A stretch of DNA of 54,786 nucleotides from a virus (lineage: Duplodnaviria > Caudoviricetes). Of the stretch, positions 51,030 to 54,786 are shown in pieces. Numbering within the stretch: the first letter of the stretch is position 1; every line of letters begins with the position of its first letter. The notes under the pieces were generated by a model. It did not search any database, was not told the origin of the DNA, and saw nothing but the letters and a program-made list of their open reading frames with translations. The position numbers and the translations under genes were made by a program. The stretch spans positions 1-54,786 of IMG/VR virus record IMGVR_UViG_3300043446_002312. One strand, 5' to 3'.

Positions 51030-51096
51030 ACTATAGCGCCTTTTGCCCCGGAAGCAAAGGGGGCAAACCGCCCTGTTAGGTAGGGGAAACCGTACC
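51030..51096 (-). promoter_or_regulatory. Repeated early promoter cassette, copy D
   Basis: GGTACGGTTT...GGGCGGTTTGCCCCC-TTTGCT-17-TATAGT-6-ATG. Confidence 0.8.
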
Positions 51097-51240
51097 TCGC
51101 AAGGGGCCATCGCCTTTACCTTCCAGAGACTTTACAAGCAACTCGGTAAATTTTTCTTGGGCGTCAGCGTCGTACGCCATCATATTGTCGTTCAGCTCTC
51201 GAAGTAATTCGGTCAGATCCTTCCACTCCTCTTGCTCCAC
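51076..51240 (-). CDS. Small hypothetical protein (54 aa)
   Basis: Not in the track; GTG start with GAGG SD; ...YDADAQEKFTELLVKSLEGKGD. Confidence 0.6.
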   Translation of the reverse strand: MEQEEWKDLTELLRELNDNMMAYDADAQEKFTELLVKSLEGKGDGPLRGTVSPT

Positions 51241-51253
51241 GTTGCGTCCTCAA

Positions 51254-51532
51254 TTAAAAAACATCGTTTGGTGTGAATACTAGGCTAACGTCTGCTGCCC
51301 ACTCCACGATTCTATCCCCCAAGTCAAGTGCTTCCTCCGGGGATAAAAGGATCTCCTCAAAGTCACCATACTCAGACCGCCGCCCCAGAATATAGCGAGC
51401 AGCGTGTACAACTCGCTTCCAGAATGGCAACGGGCTTAGGTGTATTTCGATAAACAGGTCCTCGGTGTCCGAGGTAACTACGAGCGAATGCTGAATACTT
51501 CCGCAGCGGCAAAGGTATAGCGTTCGCTTCAT
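51254..51532 (-). CDS. Hypothetical protein (CxCxxxxH; FWKRV..A.RYILG)
   Basis: 92-aa ORF. Confidence 0.7.
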   Translation of the reverse strand: MKRTLYLCRCGSIQHSLVVTSDTEDLFIEIHLSPLPFWKRVVHAARYILGRRSEYGDFEEILLSPEEALDLGDRIVEWAADVSLVFTPNDVF

Positions 51533-51921
51533 CGCTTCACATGAATTACAGGAACGTTGTTCCTCTGCAGCATCTCGATATTTCCAGCGTTATCGTCAGC
51601 CCAAACAAGCGGATCGCCGTGGAACGAACGGATCCTGTTCAGGTGATCTTCCTTGATTACGTGATCCGGAACTCCCTCTTGATCGTCTGGGCGCATAAAG
51701 ATTTGAATCGGAAGAAGGCCGCGCATCTTCAACCATTCGGTTGTTTGTGGGCGCAGTCGTTCAGGGCGAGCGGTCGAGATTAGCAGAGGACGTTCAGCCT
51801 GGAGGGCGATTGCCACAAGAAGCATCGCGGCGTTTTCTCCCAGAGTCAGGAGGTTGTCCTCGTCGTAATGCTCCGAGGTAAGGGTACCATCGATATCAAA
51901 AACAACAGGTTGTCTTTTCAT
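51529..51921 (-). CDS. HAD-family phosphatase (PNK 3'-phosphatase-like)
   Basis: VFDIDGTL, STARPE, FMRP, DHVIKE, ADDN. Confidence 0.85.
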   Translation of the reverse strand: MKRQPVVFDIDGTLTSEHYDEDNLLTLGENAAMLLVAIALQAERPLLISTARPERLRPQTTEWLKMRGLLPIQIFMRPDDQEGVPDHVIKEDHLNRIRSFHGDPLVWADDNAGNIEMLQRNNVPVIHVKR

Positions 51922-52175
51922 ACCAGTTTTGCTTGCAGTTTGTCAAGAGTTTGGAGGAGAGTGTTCATTCGGTTTGCCTCTTGCTGAGCCTCGTCCAGTT
52001 GCCCCCTCGTAACGTAGGTGGCGATTGTTTGCGAGTGTTTCACGCGATAAGTTTCAGCGTAGGAGTCGGCGCATAATGCTAGAATGGCCCACTGCTCGTT
52101 GGTTAGGGTTACCGACCGGCTAATCTCGTTCTTCGGCTCCCCCGCAATAACAACCAGCTCCGTGTTAGTTAGCAC
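51918..52175 (-). CDS. Hypothetical protein
   Basis: 85-aa ORF. Confidence 0.6.
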   Translation of the reverse strand: MLTNTELVVIAGEPKNEISRSVTLTNEQWAILALCADSYAETYRVKHSQTIATYVTRGQLDEAQQEANRMNTLLQTLDKLQAKLV

Positions 52176-52404
52176 TGTCTCGCTCCTTGATGAATTCCGC
52201 TGCTATTCTGTCTGCGTTCCGCTTTATTTCGTAGCGAACCCATGGGCTGTCAGGATGGTGACGAACTCTGAACCAGAGGCGTTGAAGTTCGATACGAAAG
52301 AGCTTGGATTGCAACACTAACCAGTCATACACGTTGCCATCTTGAACAACAACGTAAACGAGGCAAGCGCCAATCGTGAACCAAGTTAGTGTTGCTAAGT
52401 TCAT
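52165..52404 (-). CDS. Hypothetical membrane-anchored protein
   Basis: N-terminal TM segment, 79 aa. Confidence 0.65.
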   Translation of the reverse strand: MNLATLTWFTIGACLVYVVVQDGNVYDWLVLQSKLFRIELQRLWFRVRHHPDSPWVRYEIKRNADRIAAEFIKERDSAN

Positions 52405-52586
52405 CAGATTACTGAGGAATCAACTGCAACAAGGCTCGAGCCGATTGCGGTCAGGAACGTGTTCAGAAGTTTTTGAAGCTTCGCGTCATCAACGTGTTCG
52501 CCGTTGATACTTACGCTAAGGTCCGTGTCGTGATTGTCGTTGTAAGACCGAAAGGAAAAATCAACGTTGTTCTTTTCAGAATCCAT
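52404..52586 (-). CDS. Small hypothetical protein
   Basis: ATG at 52586 (MDSEKNNVDFSF). Confidence 0.6.
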   Translation of the reverse strand: MDSEKNNVDFSFRSYNDNHDTDLSVSINGEHVDDAKLQKLLNTFLTAIGSSLVAVDSSVI

Positions 52587-52848
52587 TTTGTTTCTTGATG
52601 TTGAGGAGGAGAAGGAAACCTTCGTATTTTGAAAAGGTGGGAACCGGTTGCCAGTGGCACAGATACGCTGTGGACAGCCACCATTCACCGCCTTTCTTGT
52701 AGACGCGCGCAATCGGCGTCCCGTTGTAAGCGTTGGAGTAAACGATCTCAGTCTCGGACGAGGAGACGATCCACAATGGTGACTGGTAGTCCACGGGTTT
52801 ACCGTACTCGACGAATGTTCTCCCAGTAAGGAGAGTCTGGACGTTCAT
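52576..52848 (-). CDS. Hypothetical protein
   Basis: 90-aa ORF. Confidence 0.55.
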   Translation of the reverse strand: MNVQTLLTGRTFVEYGKPVDYQSPLWIVSSSETEIVYSNAYNGTPIARVYKKGGEWWLSTAYLCHWQPVPTFSKYEGFLLLLNIKKQNGF

Positions 52849-53107
52849 TGGGTTGAACCTTGATTGGAGCGAGAGTTGCTTTGCGACGCTTAAGAATTTC
52901 CCAGAGCCCAGCTTTTAATCGCGGGTCGGTCGTGGTATTATAGGCGATTACGAGCTTCGTAAATGCCTCGTCACGCTCGGGAATGCGAAGGTTTTCACGC
53001 GAAAGAATGTCTTTCGTGAGGTCAAGATCGCCCGGTTTTCCCTGAACTTTCGGTTTACCGAAGTTTCCAGTGTGAATGCCTGTAGTGCGAAGACCGTGAT
53101 TTGCCAT
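52799..53107 (-). CDS. Hypothetical protein
   Basis: 102-aa ORF. Confidence 0.65.
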   Translation of the reverse strand: MANHGLRTTGIHTGNFGKPKVQGKPGDLDLTKDILSRENLRIPERDEAFTKLVIAYNTTTDPRLKAGLWEILKRRKATLAPIKVQPNERPDSPYWENIRRVR

Positions 53108-53394
53108 CAGTCAAAAACCTTCAGCTCGGAGGCGACGGCACGTTCTGCTAAAAACTTGCCGACTGGATCATTTGCATATCCCCAGTTGCGAGCTTCGGTG
53201 GCACTCTGAAATGGTCCTTGAAAGTAGTGAAAGTTTGGGAGACTGCAGGCTTCTTGCCGTTGCACCCATGCTCCATCCTTGAATCGAAGAACATCTACGG
53301 TATCTTCTTCCCACGGAGTTCCCCAAGAAACGAGGATTGCGTACCATCCGTCAAGCACTGCATCGCCATTGTCTCTATCCTGCCAATCACTCAT
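53107..53394 (-). CDS. Hypothetical protein
   Basis: ATG at 53394 (MSDWQDRD) with ATGA overlap. Confidence 0.6.
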   Translation of the reverse strand: MSDWQDRDNGDAVLDGWYAILVSWGTPWEEDTVDVLRFKDGAWVQRQEACSLPNFHYFQGPFQSATEARNWGYANDPVGKFLAERAVASELKVFD

Positions 53395-53630
53395 TCGGCA
53401 CCCTCCAGCTCGGCGGCGATGGCGAGGAACTTGGCGCGTACTTCTCTTGCTGAAATCATTGGAGTCAAAGTTGAGTTCCATGGTGTTGTGGTTTCCGGCA
53501 CCACCTGATCAGCAGCAGCTCGCAGGGCGGCGGCAGCGAGAGGGCGAGCACGGATTATTTCGCCTTGAAGCTGAATGCAGCCAGCTAGGGCAGCATCAAC
53601 TGCGATTGCGGCGGGGGAGAGGTTAGTCAT
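53391..53630 (-). CDS. Paralog 1 of the LSP..A/ALRAAADQ/AIAAELE family
   Basis: ATG at 53630; shares motifs and DNA blocks with its neighbours. Confidence 0.65.
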   Translation of the reverse strand: MTNLSPAAIAVDAALAGCIQLQGEIIRARPLAAAALRAAADQVVPETTTPWNSTLTPMISAREVRAKFLAIAAELEGAE

Positions 53631-53690
53631 CGGAGGTAGGCGTAGATCGATAGGGCGAGTGAAGTGCAAGCGAAGATCAGTGAGAAGTGT

Positions 53691-53948
53691 TTAAGGGTCA
53701 TCACTAAACCACTCCAGCTCCGCTGCAATAGCACGAAGGTGTTCAGCAGCGGCGACTTGTCCGCGGTCGAAAATTAAATGGCTATCTCCGTGGTATGAAG
53801 AAGGGACAAAAAGGTTTTCAACCTGATCTGCAGCAGCACGCAGGGCGGATGCAATGGCAGGCAGGTAGTGCCAGTCATCGGGCTTGCCACTGGCAGCACG
53901 GTTGAACTCCCAGAACACCTGCTGCGCATGGGGGGAGAGGTTAGTCAT
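53691..53948 (-). CDS. Paralog 2 of the LSP..A/ALRAAADQ/AIAAELE family
   Basis: ATG at 53948; MTNLSPHAQQVFWEFNRAASGKPDDWHYLPAIA. Confidence 0.7.
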   Translation of the reverse strand: MTNLSPHAQQVFWEFNRAASGKPDDWHYLPAIASALRAAADQVENLFVPSSYHGDSHLIFDRGQVAAAEHLRAIAAELEWFSDDP

Positions 53949-54240
53949 CGGAGCCCTCCAGCTCGGCGGCGATGGCGAGGAGTTTGCCATGCGCTTCAAG
54001 GAGAAACTCGTAATACCACATCTCCGCAGGGGCGCTGTAGACGTAACCGGGAGGAAGCTTTTCCGTCTCAAATAATTGATCCGCAACAGCTCGCAAGGCG
54101 GCGGCGATAGCAGGTAGGTAATGCCAGTCGTCCGGCTTGCCGCTAGCGGCACGGTTGAACTCCCAGAACACCGCCTGCGCGTGGGGGGAGAGCGAACTTC
54201 TAATTTGGCGATCATTAGGAGTTGGTTTGGAGTCAGTCAT
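53941..54240 (-). CDS. Paralog 3 of the LSP..A/ALRAAADQ/AIAAELE family
   Basis: ATG at 54240; LSPHAQAVFWEFNRAASGKPDDWHYLPAIA. Confidence 0.7.
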   Translation of the reverse strand: MTDSKPTPNDRQIRSSLSPHAQAVFWEFNRAASGKPDDWHYLPAIAAALRAVADQLFETEKLPPGYVYSAPAEMWYYEFLLEAHGKLLAIAAELEGSDD

Positions 54241-54437
54241 CGAAAGAGTTTGCGAAGTAGCAGGGTGACAATCACGGCAGGCCATAGCAGGGCCACGACA
54301 AACTGGCCCAGGCTTTCCCAGAACTTCTCGCTCGCTGACAGCCAAGGTGCGGAGTAAGGCTGCGCCATCCACGTGCAGGCAACCATGAAGCTATAGCCGT
54401 AGGCGACTACAAGAGCGGTCGTGTGTTTGTCAGTCAT
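54237..54437 (-). CDS. Small two-TM membrane protein
   Basis: 66 aa with two hydrophobic segments. Confidence 0.6.
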   Translation of the reverse strand: MTDKHTTALVVAYGYSFMVACTWMAQPYSAPWLSASEKFWESLGQFVVALLWPAVIVTLLLRKLFR

Positions 54438-54786
54438 CGAGTTGCTCCAGGAGATCGGCGGCGCGATGGAAACGCTTAAAAGTCGCAGTAGCGGCCTTCT
54501 GTAAGGCGTAGTCGGCGTTATACCTCAACCACACCACCAACTCAGCCACTTCTCCACTGGCCTGCGGCTCGGGCTGGGCCACAGCACCATGAGCGAACAA
54601 TCTGATGGCACCACGGCACAAGTCCACTGGGTCTACCTCGGTTCGTTCTGGGTTGCTGTTGAACCAGTCATCGCAGTATTGGCGAAGCACCACGTCTGAC
54701 GGGAAGTTGAGGCCACCCTCGTCGAAGACAACACGGGCTAGCACCTGTTCCTGCGGCTCGGGCTGGGCCAGAGCGGCGCGAGCGCG
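54430..54786 (-). CDS. Hypothetical AQPEPQ-repeat protein, 5'-partial
   Basis: Frame open to the window edge (RARAALAQPEPQEQVLA...); 21-bp repeat at 54561-54581 and 54750-54770. Confidence 0.65.
   Translation of the reverse strand, partial: RARAALAQPEPQEQVLARVVFDEGGLNFPSDVVLRQYCDDWFNSNPERTEVDPVDLCRGAIRLFAHGAVAQPEPQASGEVAELVVWLRYNADYALQKAATATFKRFHRAADLLEQLDD

Noticed and set aside
42321-51096. Repeated elements as a CRISPR array or attC-type integron sites
   Set aside because: Irregular gene-sized spacing, clear -35/-10 content, and no cas or integrase gene in the window
53391-54786. Diversity-generating retroelement TR/VR pair
   Set aside because: Differences are largely synonymous or block replacements, not adenine-specific; no reverse transcriptase in the window
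1-54786. tRNA/rRNA genes, introns, inteins, integrase or transposase
   Set aside because: Intergenic gaps are short with no cloverleaf seen; polymerase, terL and gyrA are uninterrupted; no recombinase motifs, so the Mu-like head genes do not imply a transposable or temperate phage

Overview
This window is a 54.8-kb piece of a contractile-tailed dsDNA phage genome, with essentially all genes on the minus strand. The host is probably a cyanobacterium; this is an inference from the POLG-like polymerase and from small ORFs resembling cyanophage families. Left to right it holds: (1-7 kb) small charged, probably capsid-internal proteins, an HNH protein and PhoH; (7-34 kb) terminase, neck, baseplate, tube, major capsid, Mu-like protease/portal, a giant sheath and a tail chaperone with a -1 frameshift; (34-41 kb) a mitochondrial Pol-gamma-like DNA polymerase and a lone GyrA/ParC subunit; (42-48 kb) a DNA base-hypermodification cluster (TET/JBP-like dioxygenase apparently lacking the 2OG-binding Arg, class II glutamine amidotransferase, amidoligase, aGPT-PPlase/AADT-like transferase, P-loop kinase) with an antisense LMW phosphatase embedded in it; (48-55 kb) many small early-type ORFs, some tandemly duplicated. 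Three promoter-like classes are visible. GGGTAAAA occurs at least 12 times in front of genes (putative late promoter). A ~70-bp cassette with sigma70-like boxes occurs four times and appears to drive leaderless genes. A 14-bp element is shared by the polymerase and the dioxygenase. All family calls are by eye from motifs; no database search was run.
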